A stretch of DNA of 64,000 bases, taken from positions 126,434 through 190,433 of the forward strand of contig NIVC01002241.1 of assembly GCA_002269645.1 (NCBI GenBank), written 5' to 3'. A program made the position numbers and the translations under genes. Under the pieces are notes generated by a model. The model was not told the DNA's origin, did no database searches, and saw only the letters and a program-made list of their open reading frames with translations. How positions within the stretch are numbered: the first letter of the stretch is position 1; each line of letters opens with the position of its first letter. This DNA comes from Macrostomum lignano (Eukaryota). Shown here in pieces: positions 63,035 to 64,000 of this stretch.

Positions 63035-64000
63035 TGAGATGATGTGACTTGATTTTGGATGATAGGACTCGCTTTTAAGATGATGTGACTTGATTTTGCG
63101 GATGATGTGGACTTGATTTGGGATGATGTGACTCGATTTGGATGATGGCCGGACTCGATTTGGATGATGGGACTTCGATTTGGGATGATGGGACTGATTT
63201 GGATGATGTGACTCGATTTTGGGATGATGTGACTTTGATTTGGGATGATGTGACTCGATTTGGATGATGTGACTTGATTTGGGATGATGGACTGATTTGG
63301 GATGATGGGACTCGATTTGAGATGATGGGACTCGATTGGAGATGATGTGACTCGATTTGGGATGATGGGACTCGATGAGATGATGTGACTCGATTTGGGA
63401 TGATGGGACTCGATTTGAGATGATGTGAGTTTGATTTTGGGATGATGGACTCGATTTGAGATGATGTGACTCGATTTGGGATGATGGGACTTGATTTGGG
63501 ATGATGTGACTTGATTTGGGATGATGGACTCGATTTGGGATGATGGACTCGATTTGGGATGATGGACTCGATTTGGGATGATGGGACTCGATTTGGGATG
63601 ATGGGACTCGATTGGAGATGATGGGACTCGATTTTGGGATGATGGACTCGATTTGGGATGATGTGACTGGATTTGGGATGATGGGACTCGATTTGGAGAT
63701 GATGGGACTCGATTTGGGATGAGGGACTCGATTTGGGATGATGTGGACTGGATTTGGGATGATGGACTCGATTTGGATGATGGGACTCGATTGGGATGAT
63801 GGACTCGATTTGGGATGATGGGACTCGATTTGGATGATGGGACTCGATTTGAGATGATGGCGACTCGATTTGGGATGATGGACTCGATTTGGATGATGGG
63901 ACTCGATTGGAGATGATGGGACTCGATTTGGGATGATGGGACTCGATTTGGATGATGGGACTCGATTTGAGATGATGGACTCGATTGGAGGATGATGGGA
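63035..64000. repeat. ~21-bp minisatellite in the syndecan intron, indel-rich
   Basis: Unit GATGATGGGACTCGATTTGG(G) with frequent single-base indels; runs off the window end. Confidence 0.95.

Overview
This is a eukaryotic (animal) genomic window with spliceosomal introns. GC-rich exons, AT-rich intergenic DNA, minisatellite-filled introns and an intronless USP gene suggest a free-living flatworm such as Macrostomum (inference only). Six host genes were reconstructed by hand with GT-AG junctions: a universal stress protein (+), a 7-knuckle CNBP orthologue (-), a gp130/Domeless-type class I cytokine receptor-like gene (+, 5' end unresolved), YIPF4 (+), V-ATPase proteolipid subunit c (-), and the last exon of a syndecan (-, one frameshift). 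Mobile DNA includes a frameshifted Ty3/Gypsy LTR retrotransposon, a long-TIR mariner derivative, a tRNA/CORE-type SINE, a Penelope-like GIY-YIG fragment and several MITEs. The 10.85-kb V-ATPase intron holds a nest: a Chapaev/Transib-type RAG1-core-like transposon (CACAGTG end, 4-bp TSD) inside an intron-containing hAT-like element (6-bp TSD). Most long ORFs in the supplied track come from tandem repeats. The best leads are the RAG1-like transposon with an RSS heptamer, the cytokine receptor with a degenerate WSXWS motif, the donor-adjacent position of unrelated intronic minisatellites, and copy-specific CpG decay.
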